Made by a program: the position numbers and the translations under genes. DNA of 64,000 bases from Dehalococcoidia bacterium (lineage in GTDB: Bacteria > Chloroflexota > Dehalococcoidia > UBA6926): the NCBI GenBank assembly GCA_045562535.1, contig JBJKVP010000004.1, forward strand, positions 77,070 through 141,069, in the 5' to 3' direction. The notes below the pieces were generated by a model. That model was not told where the DNA came from and did not search any database. It saw only the letters and a program-made list of their open reading frames with translations. Shown here piece by piece: positions 38,799-49,082 of the stretch. Every line of letters begins with the position of its first letter. Position 1 is the first letter of the stretch.

Positions 38799-41102
38799 TT
38801 ACTCATTTCCCATCTTAGTAAAACTAAATATTTTTTTGTTGGCTAGAGCCAATAACTCTTTTGATAAATTTCGCCAATCCTCAATCGATATTCTAACATT
38901 ATGCTGATCACGGTTGTAGGTAGCTTTCCCATACGAATCGCCTATTAGGTTCACATATGTAGAGGAACGACGAACTGCTCTCGAAAGCCGATTTGTGTAT
39001 TCCGTTGGAGTTTCTCCCGATTTTAATCGAATACCTGCTAAACGACCCAGTCTCAACAATTTGAAATATGCAGATTCAACGGTTTGAGGATAAGAAAATA
39101 TAGCTCGCCAAATAATTAGTAAAAAGGCGGCCAGTGCCATCACAATTAGAGCGATAATAAGTAGAGCAATAATAAATGAGGTTTCTATAATCGAACCAAA
39201 AATATTAGTGTAGTCAGCAGCAGGCGAAAAATCGTCAGTTGACACGTCTGAACTAAGCAAATCTTCATCTTCAAAAGCAAAACCTGCCAGATCAGCAAGG
39301 GTCATCCTATTAATTGACTGAGTCTTCTCTAAATGGCTATAAAAAGGTGCACCAATAATCCCTACTTCTCTACCAGGTGTAGGTTCAAAAGGAACCCAAC
39401 CATAATTAGAAAAATATGCCTCTGGCCAAGCATGAGCTCCTGATTCTCGGACTATGTAAACATTATTTTGATCATCATATTCTGAATTTAAATAGCCTAC
39501 TGCTAGGCGACTAGGTATATCAATTGCTCTTAACATTACAGCCATAGAAGAGCCAAAATAATCGCTATACCCTGCTTTTTCGTTAAAGATAAAATGGTAA
39601 ACTGCATCTTTGCCTGGTGGGGGCGCTGGAATATCTTGAGAATACTTCAAGTTTTCTCTCAAAAAATCACGGATAAGTATAGCTTTTTCGTAATTATTAT
39701 CGGTTTCTTTAGTTATTTCTTCAGAAAGATTCGAAAGCTCTCGAGGAAAATTATCGGGCAGCGCTAAATAAGCATTGGATATATTAGAAGAATAATTATT
39801 TTCTGAAGAAAAACTTTCGACGAAGCCAAATTGTGGCACATATATTTGCACGGTATATTTCTCACCCGGCTGCATAATACGATCACTCTCAAATTTAACG
39901 AAATTCTGCCTGGAGTTCACATCCTTTTTTAAGTAAGTAATTTCCCCAGGTAAACTAGTCCTCAGTGTTATACCCGAGTTATAAAGAGTTTTTGTCGGAG
40001 ATTTAAGTTCAATAGTCACATTATGGATGCATTCAGAGCACTCGCTAAACTGATCCGAGAGCATGATCGGATCTAAAGTACCCATTGGTTGCGAAACGGT
40101 TTGGCTGGTTGACCAACCCCAACTATTATATTGATTATATGTCCGGGCTCTCCAATAGAACGGTAACCTCGAATCCACTTCCATAACAACATCATCATTA
40201 AGAGAAATATTACCTCTAAAAGGCAAATCTGATCCGAACGAATATAAAGCCATAGCTCTTCTAGCTGGTAAAGAAGCGAATACCCTTGTCAAGTTCGTTT
40301 CTAATTGCCCGATAGGAGCCCTAAGACGGTTCCAAGTCTCGCCTACGACACTTGGCCCACCCTCTATAGCTGGCAAAAAACTTGAAACTAAAACTACAAA
40401 TAGCGAGTATGTTATGCCTGCTACCAAAAATCTTCGTTTAATACCTCGAGAGAAACTAACCCCTTCACTGTTCCATCGATTGTACATTCCCACAAAAACA
40501 AGCCACGAAAGCAAAGATCCCGCCATAATAAGATACAAATACATCCAGTTCCCAGAATCTCTTGGCAAATAGGTCAAATTAGCAATCAGAACAAATCCAG
40601 AAGGTATGATCGAGTAGACACTTTGATATCTAACGGCAACAAATACAGTTATATAGCTGACTGAAAAGATAAGATAAAGTATAAGAGCGATGAATGGTAG
40701 CCTATCTGTGCTAGCTCCACCTTCAATCAAAGCTAATGCCCAAAAATCTAATCTCCAAGCAAATGACAAGATTTGAGATTCCAAACTTGTACTATCAATA
40801 GTGTAAATAGAAAAAAAACATACAACTATGAGCCCCAAAAAATGAGCCAATAAATGAGGCATTATTACAAACCTTGTTGTTCCAGAAATGGCTAACGCTA
40901 TAAATGCGCTTAAAACAATCAATGGCACTACGCCTGGTAATGATGGAACCCAGTTCGCATCAACAAATGAATAAGCGACAACAGCACTCACTAAAATCGC
41001 CAAAACCCAAATAATCCAAACCTGAATAAGTGTGTTTCGAATTGTATACGTAGCTGTTACCAGTTGTGAGCTTATCCATCCATTTAGTTGAGAAAACTTC
41101 AA
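38799..41102 (-). CDS. Transglutaminase-like domain membrane protein (DUF3488/TGase-like), with altered catalytic triad
   Basis: 767 aa. The N-terminal half is multi-TM. The C-terminal TGase-like core reads AGYSDYFGSSMAVMLRAIDIPSRLAVGY...GAHAWPEAYF...GWVPFEPT, where the consensus is G-x-C...HAW...D. This is the third gene of a MoxR-DUF58-TGase operon. Confidence 0.75.
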   Translation of the reverse strand: MKFSQLNGWISSQLVTATYTIRNTLIQVWIIWVLAILVSAVVAYSFVDANWVPSLPGVVPLIVLSAFIALAISGTTRFVIMPHLLAHFLGLIVVCFFSIYTIDSTSLESQILSFAWRLDFWALALIEGGASTDRLPFIALILYLIFSVSYITVFVAVRYQSVYSIIPSGFVLIANLTYLPRDSGNWMYLYLIMAGSLLSWLVFVGMYNRWNSEGVSFSRGIKRRFLVAGITYSLFVVLVSSFLPAIEGGPSVVGETWNRLRAPIGQLETNLTRVFASLPARRAMALYSFGSDLPFRGNISLNDDVVMEVDSRLPFYWRARTYNQYNSWGWSTSQTVSQPMGTLDPIMLSDQFSECSECIHNVTIELKSPTKTLYNSGITLRTSLPGEITYLKKDVNSRQNFVKFESDRIMQPGEKYTVQIYVPQFGFVESFSSENNYSSNISNAYLALPDNFPRELSNLSEEITKETDNNYEKAILIRDFLRENLKYSQDIPAPPPGKDAVYHFIFNEKAGYSDYFGSSMAVMLRAIDIPSRLAVGYLNSEYDDQNNVYIVRESGAHAWPEAYFSNYGWVPFEPTPGREVGIIGAPFYSHLEKTQSINRMTLADLAGFAFEDEDLLSSDVSTDDFSPAADYTNIFGSIIETSFIIALLIIALIVMALAAFLLIIWRAIFSYPQTVESAYFKLLRLGRLAGIRLKSGETPTEYTNRLSRAVRRSSTYVNLIGDSYGKATYNRDQHNVRISIEDWRNLSKELLALANKKIFSFTKMGNE

Positions 41103-42325
41103 TTCATCAACCTCTCACTTGTGGGTTGTCGCGCATACGTAAAACTTAATGCTTTTGATAAATCATCGCCCTTCCGAACGGAATAAATTGGTATATTAGT
41201 ATCCAAGTTTTCCTGAATTTCTGGGTTATCCACATTGATCAACCCAAATGATTCAAGATCTATAGAAACTAATGCTCCCGGGGCATTGCGTGCAGATAAA
41301 TAGTTAGTTGCAGCCGTAATTCGCTCAGAATCAGACGTAGTTATAATTACAACACCAGCTTGACGACTTAGTCTCGAGATATCTTGTGAAAGCATATTTT
41401 TTATTGGTGTGACACCATCGGATCTACAAGAAGCTAAATATTCGAATATATAGGACAATTGGCGATCTCCTGACCTGGGAGACAGAATAAATTCTTGTGC
41501 ATCATTTCCCACCAAACCTACTGAGTTGCTATTATAAATAAAATGGTTAGCAATCGAAGCAGCAACTGTCACGGCAGTTTCTTCGGTACCATCCAATCCA
41601 GTTCCCTGATGAGCGTCCACATTCAGATCTAAAATTATCCATAAATCATTTTGTATTTCCAACTCAAACTCTTTAACCATTAATTGATTCATCCGTGCGC
41701 TGCTAACCCAATGAATTCGATTCATGCTATCACTTGAGTTATAACGTCTTACAGAAACAACATTTGGAGTTACATCTGCTGACGCCAAAAATTGAGATGA
41801 ATCGGAACCGGGATCCACCGATGACAAAGCAAAATCAGTTATATCTACCACACGAGGATGGACTATTATCGATACGTTACTCCGAATATTGCGATCAGAT
41901 ACAAACAGTCCCAGAGGATCACCAGATGAAATATTGATGTCACCCCATTCATACCGACCTCTATTTTGTAAAAGAGCGGGGATTCTATACCATCCCCTGG
42001 GTGATCGACCACTAATCCCAGTGACCAGAGACTTGACCCCAGGCAAATTTCCCATAGATCTGATTTGGACCCACAATCTTGGCAAAAAAGACCCATTCTC
42101 GATCCAAACTAAACGCTCAACCTCTTGCCCAACATGGCCAATATCTGGGGTCTTATCAATACCTATGGTTAGCCCTTTCAGAGAAAATTTATTCAAACAA
42201 TAAGAAACTACAAATGAAACTCCTATAACAATAGCGAGAACCGACATCGGCAGAAATCCTGAAGACAAAGCAAGTATTAGTGCTGTCAGAAATAAAACAA
42301 TAAATACGAAACGCCTAAGTAACAC
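41099..42325 (-). CDS. DUF58-domain protein (vWA-like, MoxR partner)
   Basis: 408 aa with two N-terminal TM helices followed by a DUF58 region. Its start overlaps the MoxR stop region, and its stop overlaps the TGase start. Confidence 0.75.
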   Translation of the reverse strand: MLLRRFVFIVLFLTALILALSSGFLPMSVLAIVIGVSFVVSYCLNKFSLKGLTIGIDKTPDIGHVGQEVERLVWIENGSFLPRLWVQIRSMGNLPGVKSLVTGISGRSPRGWYRIPALLQNRGRYEWGDINISSGDPLGLFVSDRNIRSNVSIIVHPRVVDITDFALSSVDPGSDSSQFLASADVTPNVVSVRRYNSSDSMNRIHWVSSARMNQLMVKEFELEIQNDLWIILDLNVDAHQGTGLDGTEETAVTVAASIANHFIYNSNSVGLVGNDAQEFILSPRSGDRQLSYIFEYLASCRSDGVTPIKNMLSQDISRLSRQAGVVIITTSDSERITAATNYLSARNAPGALVSIDLESFGLINVDNPEIQENLDTNIPIYSVRKGDDLSKALSFTYARQPTSERLMN

Positions 42326-42336
42326 TCAGAATACCC

Positions 42337-43311
42337 CTAGTCTTTCAACCAGCTCCTTGGAGCTGCCCCTGGAATGGGGATATCTTCGACAATTTCTCGA
42401 ATTACTTCGTTTACTAAAGTTCCTTGCATTCTGGAATTCGAAGTCAGGACAATTCTGTGAGAAATAATTGGTTCTAATAAGTTCTTGACGTCATCTGGTA
42501 AAACATAATCTCTACCTTCGATAAGTGCTCTAGCCTGGGCCCCTCTCACCAAATTAAGTGAACCTCGGGGTGAAGCACCAAGAAAAATCGCGGGATGCTT
42601 ACGGGTAGCCTGGACGATATCCACGGCATATTTTTTCACTAAATCGTCTATGTAAATATTTCTCACTGATTCTTGCAAGTCCAGTATTAATTCTGCTGAA
42701 ATTACTGAATTGAGACTATCGATTGGATGTTCCAATCTCGTCAATTCAACTATTTCTAACTCTGTTTCAGCGGATGGGTAACCTAGATTTATCCGTAGGA
42801 AAAATCTATCCCTCTGGGCCTCAGGAAGAAGAAAAGTTCCTTCATGTTCCAAAGGATTTTGTGTGGCTATCACAAAGAAAGGCTTTGGAAGTAAGTGAGA
42901 GACCCCATCGATTGTAATTTGCGATTCTTCCATAGCTTCAAGTAAAGCTGATTGAGTCTTGGGAGTTCCTCGATTAATCTCATCTGCAAGAACCATATTG
43001 GACATAATCGGCCCTGGCCGAAATTCAAATTCGCTAGTCTGTTGATTAAATAAGTTAACCCCTATTAGATCACTAGGCAGTAAATCAGGAACAAATTGCA
43101 CTCTATTAAAAGTCAACCCCAAAGACACCGCAAGACTCCGAGCAAGCATTGTTTTACCAACTCCTGGGAGATCTTCAATCAATATATGCCCGCCACTAAT
43201 AATTGCCGTAACTGCCAATTCTGCAACCGACCTTTTTCCTATTATTACTTTTTCCAAATTATCAATGACAGATAATGCAGCCTGTTTTTCTGCACCTAAT
43301 TCACTAGCCAT
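42337..43311 (-). CDS. MoxR-family AAA+ ATPase
   Basis: 324 aa. Walker A GVGKT, and typical MoxR length and motifs (LLEAMEE, Walker B DEINR). Confidence 0.85.
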   Translation of the reverse strand: MASELGAEKQAALSVIDNLEKVIIGKRSVAELAVTAIISGGHILIEDLPGVGKTMLARSLAVSLGLTFNRVQFVPDLLPSDLIGVNLFNQQTSEFEFRPGPIMSNMVLADEINRGTPKTQSALLEAMEESQITIDGVSHLLPKPFFVIATQNPLEHEGTFLLPEAQRDRFFLRINLGYPSAETELEIVELTRLEHPIDSLNSVISAELILDLQESVRNIYIDDLVKKYAVDIVQATRKHPAIFLGASPRGSLNLVRGAQARALIEGRDYVLPDDVKNLLEPIISHRIVLTSNSRMQGTLVNEVIREIVEDIPIPGAAPRSWLKD

Positions 43312-43408
43312 TTACAAATTACCCTCCACAAGCTCTAATATACCAACTAATCATGATGATTTAGTATTAACATCTATAAGCAAATATGAATAAAGGACTA
43401 CAGTATAA

Positions 43409-44086
43409 ATGTTTGAAGAGCAGGAACCAATGAGATCGGCGTTAATTGTGGCTGGCGGCGATCTTAGCATGACCCCAAGAATTCAAACAATCATAGATGC
43501 AGCAGATTACATCGTTGCAGCAGATTCAGGGGTTGAGCATTGCCTTAACTATAAAATCACCCCCGATTTAGTCATAGGAGATTTTGACTCTGCTTCATCA
43601 GCATCCATAGAAATTGCTAAAAAACTTAACTGGAATATCGATACTTTCCCTAAAGAAAAGGATAAAACCGACGGTGAATTAGCATTGCTAAAAGCATTGG
43701 AGACCAAATCTAAAAAGATTTGGATTATCGGAGGAATTTCTGGAAAAGACAGATTCGATCACGGAATTGGGAACCTGTTTCTCATAACCTCTGAGATCCT
43801 AGAAAATACCCTTGTATCAATGGTTGATGGTAACCGCGAGATTCATATACTTAGATCGAATCAATCTATCCAGTTAGAAGGAACCTTTGCTGATACCATT
43901 TCAATGATTTCGGTCGAACGAGAAACACAAGGGGTGACATCTTGGGGTTTAAAGTATGATTTGTTAGGCATAAGTCTCTCTAGAGGTTCAACACGAGGTA
44001 TAAGTAATTCCTTTATATGGGCTAAAGCAGAAGTTTCCATTACAAAAGGTTTACTATTAATTATTATAGATCGAAAAATCAAATAA
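43409..44086 (+). CDS. Thiamine pyrophosphokinase
   Basis: 225 aa with N-terminal GGD...ADSG...IGDFDS catalytic motifs and a C-terminal thiamine-binding beta domain. Confidence 0.7.
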   Translation: MFEEQEPMRSALIVAGGDLSMTPRIQTIIDAADYIVAADSGVEHCLNYKITPDLVIGDFDSASSASIEIAKKLNWNIDTFPKEKDKTDGELALLKALETKSKKIWIIGGISGKDRFDHGIGNLFLITSEILENTLVSMVDGNREIHILRSNQSIQLEGTFADTISMISVERETQGVTSWGLKYDLLGISLSRGSTRGISNSFIWAKAEVSITKGLLLIIIDRKIK

Positions 44087-44114
44087 TACTCAACTATCAC
44101 CATTTGCTAATGCA

Positions 44115-45188
44115 TCACCAAGGTAATAGTTCGGTTTCATCCAGTTTGATATGAAGATTAGTATAATCCCCAACCTCGAATTCCTGAGTAACGGTAACAA
44201 TATTTTCTCTAGATATTAGTATATATTCGTTATCCACAAGTATTCGATATTCGAAATACCCTGGGCCTACGCTGACCTCTTGGATCTCGCCTCTCAAAGA
44301 ATCATTGGTTTCGTCATTTAAAACAATAGAATAGGGAGAAATTATTAGAGTATGCTCGCTCTTTAAATTATCAATATCAAATTTGCCCACAGGTAGTTCC
44401 CAGCGGCCAAAAAAACTATCAATGACTAACTTATTATTTATATATTTGGGCTGCACGGAAAACATATTAGGAGTACCTAGAAAATCCGCAACGAATTTAG
44501 TAGCAGGCCTTGAAATCATTTGTATTGGAGTTCCCATTTGTTCAATCAAGCCATCATTCAATAGAATAATTCGATCTCCTATAGTAAACGCTTCTTCTTG
44601 GTCATGAGTTACATATAGTACAGACAATTCCATGCTTCGAAATAGATCTTTCATTTCTCTAAGAAGTTCATATCGGAGTTTACGATCAAGTGAACCCAGT
44701 GGTTCATCAAGCATCAACACGGGAGGATTGGGAGCCAGGGCTCTCGCTAACGCCACTCGTTGGCTTTCTCCTCCAGATAAAGTATCTGTAGATCTCGAAT
44801 TAAGGTGGGATATTCTAAGAAATGAAAGTAAGTCTTCTACTCTGTTCTTTATATCGGGTTTACGCCAGTTATCCATCCTGAGACCAAAAGCTATATTATC
44901 AAACACATTTAAATGCGGGAAAAGAGAAAGATCTTGAAACATTAATCCAATCCCTCTTTTATGAGGAGCCAGTCCCGAAACATCCAAATCGTTCAATGTA
45001 ATTGTTCCAGAATCCAAAGATTCTAAACCTGCAATCAACCTAAGTAGAGTACTTTTCCCAGAACCACTGGGACCTAGCACTGCAATAATTTCTTTTTTTG
45101 AAAGAGAAAAATTCACTCCAGAAAGAACGCCTTGATTCCCATCAAAGGTTTTCGATATATTATTAACTTCAAGGATTGAATGTTCCAT
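44115..45188 (-). CDS. thiQ: ABC transporter ATP-binding protein with C-terminal TOBE domain (thiamine importer ATPase by context)
   Basis: Walker A GPSGSGKST, signature LSGGESQRV, Walker B LMLDEP. It lies in an operon behind a TPP riboswitch. Confidence 0.7.
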   Translation of the reverse strand: MEHSILEVNNISKTFDGNQGVLSGVNFSLSKKEIIAVLGPSGSGKSTLLRLIAGLESLDSGTITLNDLDVSGLAPHKRGIGLMFQDLSLFPHLNVFDNIAFGLRMDNWRKPDIKNRVEDLLSFLRISHLNSRSTDTLSGGESQRVALARALAPNPPVLMLDEPLGSLDRKLRYELLREMKDLFRSMELSVLYVTHDQEEAFTIGDRIILLNDGLIEQMGTPIQMISRPATKFVADFLGTPNMFSVQPKYINNKLVIDSFFGRWELPVGKFDIDNLKSEHTLIISPYSIVLNDETNDSLRGEIQEVSVGPGYFEYRILVDNEYILISRENIVTVTQEFEVGDYTNLHIKLDETELLPW

Positions 45189-46843
45189 CAGAAATCACCC
45201 CACCCCTTATATCTAAATTTCTCAATAAAAATAAAACCAGCCACCGCTATCGCCATCAGAATACCGCTCATCGCTAAAGCATGTTCAAAATTGGATTGGC
45301 CTGGTTGAGATAGATATCTATAAATATGCACAGGGATTGTAGAATGCTCGGGTCTACTTATCAATAAACTCGCGCCAAATTCACCCATTGATATAGCAAA
45401 TGAGAAAACCGCGCCAACCAGTATAGATCTTGAGATTATGGGTAATTCTAACCGGGCAAAGAGAGCCCATGGAGAAGCTCCTAAACTAATTGCAGAACCG
45501 GTCAAATTCGGTCCGATCGAATTGAGTGTTGGCAATATTATCCTTACAACAAAAGGATACGAAATTAGAATATGAGCCACTACTAAGGGTATCCACGTTG
45601 TTCGAAAATCAATAAATGCAGTATGCAGCCCAGTGAGCAAAGCAAGACCTAAAACTACGGAAGATATTCCTAATGTGGACATATAAAACGAATCAATCAG
45701 ACTTTTATATTTAGATTTTCCTTTAGACAAATAATAACTAACACAAATACCTAAAGGAACTGAAAATAATACCGTTAGCATCCCAAATAATAGAGAGTTA
45801 CCAACTACTTTGATAGGAGAAAGAAAAAAGTACGAATCATTAATATTTATAAATAGGCTTTTATATGAATCAAAACTAAAAGCTCCGTCTGACAAAAAAG
45901 ATCTCATAAGTAAAATTAAATAGGGTGACATGATAATAATTATAGTTACGAGAAATAAGCAAACCTGAATGAAATCTTTTTTGGAATTTATCTTTGTGTA
46001 GCGCCGTTCCCCCTTAGCTAATTTAAGAGTTCTATTGGCACGAGTTTGAAAAACACTATAAATCAGTAGAATCAACGTGGTGAATATGATTTGTATAAAG
46101 GAGAGGCAAACCGCAACCGATAGATCAAGATATTTAAAAGTAGAATAATAAATTTCAGTTTCAAGAGTTGAAAAAAGTCCGCCTCCAAGGATTAAAATTA
46201 CACCAAAACTGGTAAAGGTAAACATGAAAACTAGAGAGCTCGCTGCGATTAATGCGGGCTTGAGAACGGGTAATGTAACATTAAAAAATATTTGGTTCGG
46301 TGAAGCACCTAACACAGAAGCAACTTCCGTAATATTCTTATTGAGGTTAGACCAAAAATTTGACACCAACCTAACAACAATACTGAACTCAAATATTACA
46401 TGGGCAATTAAGATAAGGACTAAACTTCCATTATTTCCAAAACCGGAAAAATTAATATGCTGAAAAAAGGTATTCATAAGAGGGTTCTGAGGACCAAAAA
46501 ATACCAACAAAGCTATAACTAAAACGATGGGCGGCATAATAAAAGGTACTGTCAATAAAGCTAGAACTATAGATTTACCAGGGAATTCATATTTTGATAA
46601 AATATAGCAGCATGGCATAGCTGTAAGCAAAACCAGAATAGTAGATACCGTCGCCTGACTTAAGGTAAAACCAATAACATCCAAATAATATGGATCTCGA
46701 ACTACTGAAAACAAAGTTTCTAAATATGATCGGCTGTTTAACTCATCTACCGCCAGTGCTAAGTTTACAATCGGAATATACAAGAACGCAGCCAAAAAAA
46801 GCAGTGGGGAAACTTTGACCAAAATTGAAAGATTCATGATCAC
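45188..46843 (-). CDS. thiP: ABC transporter permease with two fused transmembrane domains (ThiP-like)
   Basis: 551 aa, two tandem BPD_transp_1 permease domains as in E. coli ThiP/FbpB. The start overlaps the thiB stop. Confidence 0.7.
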   Translation of the reverse strand: MIMNLSILVKVSPLLFLAAFLYIPIVNLALAVDELNSRSYLETLFSVVRDPYYLDVIGFTLSQATVSTILVLLTAMPCCYILSKYEFPGKSIVLALLTVPFIMPPIVLVIALLVFFGPQNPLMNTFFQHINFSGFGNNGSLVLILIAHVIFEFSIVVRLVSNFWSNLNKNITEVASVLGASPNQIFFNVTLPVLKPALIAASSLVFMFTFTSFGVILILGGGLFSTLETEIYYSTFKYLDLSVAVCLSFIQIIFTTLILLIYSVFQTRANRTLKLAKGERRYTKINSKKDFIQVCLFLVTIIIIMSPYLILLMRSFLSDGAFSFDSYKSLFININDSYFFLSPIKVVGNSLLFGMLTVLFSVPLGICVSYYLSKGKSKYKSLIDSFYMSTLGISSVVLGLALLTGLHTAFIDFRTTWIPLVVAHILISYPFVVRIILPTLNSIGPNLTGSAISLGASPWALFARLELPIISRSILVGAVFSFAISMGEFGASLLISRPEHSTIPVHIYRYLSQPGQSNFEHALAMSGILMAIAVAGFIFIEKFRYKGWGDF

Positions 46844-47941
46844 TTATCGGCGAACAACTATATCCACCCAATCCGAAATCCATTTATCCAAGTCTTGAGC
46901 AGAAGCATTTAATTGAATTTCTGGTTTAGAATCAGGTTCAGGAGCAAATTGGAATATTTTTGGAACAAGCGCTTTCTTGTTTACAGGATAAACCCACATT
47001 CTTGTAGGAAAATCCTCTTGGAATCTTTTATTTAGAGCATAATCGATGAAACGTTCTGCCAGTCTCTGATTGTTTGAACCTCTTAAAATTCCAATTGTTT
47101 CTACTTGCAAAAACACAGCGTTCTTGTTCATCAAAACGCCAGTCGGAGGAGAGTCCATTGTTCCATCAGAATAATATACTTCAGCTGCAGGGCTAGTTGA
47201 ATAACTTACAACTAAGGGTCGGTCACCACCCCATAAACTAAACGCCGTATAGTAGGCATCGCTCCATCCATCGCTTACCTTTACATCGTTAGACTTAAGA
47301 TCAGACCAATATTCTTTCCAAGTATAGTCTCCGTCCTCACCAAATCTATTAATTGTTGTCAGCAAAAATGCCAATCCAGGAGAAGAAGTCGCCGGGTTCT
47401 GAACAACAAGTTTACCTCTCCATTTTTCAGTAGTTAACTCATATAAATCGCTGGGAGGTGTCAATTGGTTAGAATCTATCCATGATAAATCATAATTAAC
47501 TGCAACATATCCGTAATCAATAGGAGTAACCCTATATTTTGGATCAATATGAAATTTTTCCGGTACCTGATCTACCAAAGGAGATCTATAAGGAATGAAA
47601 AGGGATTCTTTTAAAGCTCTATTTAAAAAAGTATTATCTATTCCGTAAATCAAATCTGCTATGGGAGCATCTTTCGTTAAAATTGCTTTAGTTAAGATTT
47701 CCCCTGCATCTCCGCCTTTTTGAATAATCACTTCTACATTGTAATCATGTTCAAATTGATCGATCAGCTCTTCCCCAATATCAAAGCTATCATGAGTCAA
47801 TATAATAAGTGGCTTATCCGTTGAGTTATCAATCGTACAGCCCTGCACTACCGTAGCTAAAATAATAACAGCGAGTAATAATTTGGATTTGTTTTTGAAC
47901 AACCGTAACCATCGGTCCATGACTAATAGGTTTAGCTTCAT
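46844..47941 (-). CDS. thiB: Thiamine/TPP-binding periplasmic lipoprotein (ThiB/TbpA-like); start moved from the six-frame ORF to ATG 47939..47941
   Basis: Lipobox LATVVQGC. Blocks matching E. coli ThiB recalled from memory (DYGYVAVNYD, GWSDAYY, LVVSYSTSPA, MWVYPV, WISDWV). The longer six-frame ORF would translate the riboswitch itself. Confidence 0.75.
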   Translation of the reverse strand: MKLNLLVMDRWLRLFKNKSKLLLAVIILATVVQGCTIDNSTDKPLIILTHDSFDIGEELIDQFEHDYNVEVIIQKGGDAGEILTKAILTKDAPIADLIYGIDNTFLNRALKESLFIPYRSPLVDQVPEKFHIDPKYRVTPIDYGYVAVNYDLSWIDSNQLTPPSDLYELTTEKWRGKLVVQNPATSSPGLAFLLTTINRFGEDGDYTWKEYWSDLKSNDVKVSDGWSDAYYTAFSLWGGDRPLVVSYSTSPAAEVYYSDGTMDSPPTGVLMNKNAVFLQVETIGILRGSNNQRLAERFIDYALNKRFQEDFPTRMWVYPVNKKALVPKIFQFAPEPDSKPEIQLNASAQDLDKWISDWVDIVVRR

Positions 47942-48040
47942 GATAGTTTTCCCTCCGCCGGAATTACCCAGACAGGTTCTAACGGTCGCCTTAATCAAAT
48001 TAAGGCCTCTCAGCCAGGAAACCTAGCTCCCGAAGACGTT
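47942..48040 (-). ncRNA. TPP (thiamine pyrophosphate) riboswitch, THI element, with the P1 3' strand overlapping the thiB Shine-Dalgarno
   Basis: The minus-strand RNA reads CUUCGGGAGCUAGGUUUCCUGGCUGAGAGGCC...GACCGUUAGAACCUGUCUGGGUAAUUCCGGCGGAGGGAAAACUAUCAUG. This matches the consensus GGGGUGCCC...CUGAGA...ACCCUUUGAACCUGAUCUGGAUAAUGCCAGCGUAGGGAA. Confidence 0.75.
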
Positions 48041-48196
48041 ACTCGATATTTATAACAGGAGAATTTTAATAAGTAAATAGTTTACATTTGCCGCGAGAAT
48101 CGATTGGCTAGTAGAATGATAGATAACAGATCTTTAGAGGATACTAAATATATTTAAGATGGATATTAATTAATTGGGAAGTGAGGATTAATTATT

Positions 48197-49078
48197 ATGG
48201 ATCAAGATCCATGGCTTTTGAAAACAGGTTTGGCGAAAATGTTAAAAGGTGGAGTGATAATGGATGTTGTCACACCTGATCAAGCAAAAATTGCCGAGGA
48301 TGCTGGAGCATGTGCTGTTATGGCTCTAGAAAGAGTACCCGCAGACATTAGAGCAGACGGAGGCGTGGCAAGAATGTCTGATCCTGGACTAATAGAAGAA
48401 ATCATGGAATCCGTTAGTATCCCTGTAATGGCAAAAATTCGTATTGGGCATATTGTAGAAGCTAAAGTGTTAGAAGCAATAGGAACCGATTATATTGATG
48501 AATCTGAAGTGTTAACACCAGCAGACGAAAACAATCACGTATGGAAGCACGATTACAAAATACCGTTTGTGTGTGGAGCGAGAGATCTGGGAGAAGCATT
48601 ACGTAGAATTTCAGAAGGCGCAGCAATGATTAGAACCAAGGGAGAAGCTGGAACTGGGAATATCGTTGAAGCTGTCAGGCATATGCGCTCAATACAATCT
48701 GAAATCAGAATCGTAGTAGGATTGCCTGAAGATGAGCTACCATCGTATGCTAAATCAATTTCTGCTCCCCTTGAACTAATAAAAGATGTTCATAAATTGG
48801 GAGAATTACCAGTAGTAAATTTCGCTGCGGGAGGAGTAGGAACACCAGCAGATGCCGCTCTAATGATGCATCTTGGCGCAGAAGGTGTATTCGTCGGATC
48901 AGGTATATTCAAATCGGATGACCCCGCTCCCAGGGCAGCAGCAATAGTAAAATCCGTGACACACTTTAATGATCCTGCAATTATAGCTGAAGTTTCGAAA
49001 GGCCTTGGTGACGCTATGTCAGGAATCGATGTTAAAACCTTGAATCCAGAGGATTTATTAGCAACCAGAGGTTGGTAA
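48197..49078 (+). CDS. pdxS: Pyridoxal 5'-phosphate synthase lyase subunit
   Basis: 293 aa with the highly conserved PdxS sequence ([34 protein letters not shown]). Confidence 0.95.
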   Translation: MDQDPWLLKTGLAKMLKGGVIMDVVTPDQAKIAEDAGACAVMALERVPADIRADGGVARMSDPGLIEEIMESVSIPVMAKIRIGHIVEAKVLEAIGTDYIDESEVLTPADENNHVWKHDYKIPFVCGARDLGEALRRISEGAAMIRTKGEAGTGNIVEAVRHMRSIQSEIRIVVGLPEDELPSYAKSISAPLELIKDVHKLGELPVVNFAAGGVGTPADAALMMHLGAEGVFVGSGIFKSDDPAPRAAAIVKSVTHFNDPAIIAEVSKGLGDAMSGIDVKTLNPEDLLATRGW

Positions 49079-49082
49079 AGAT

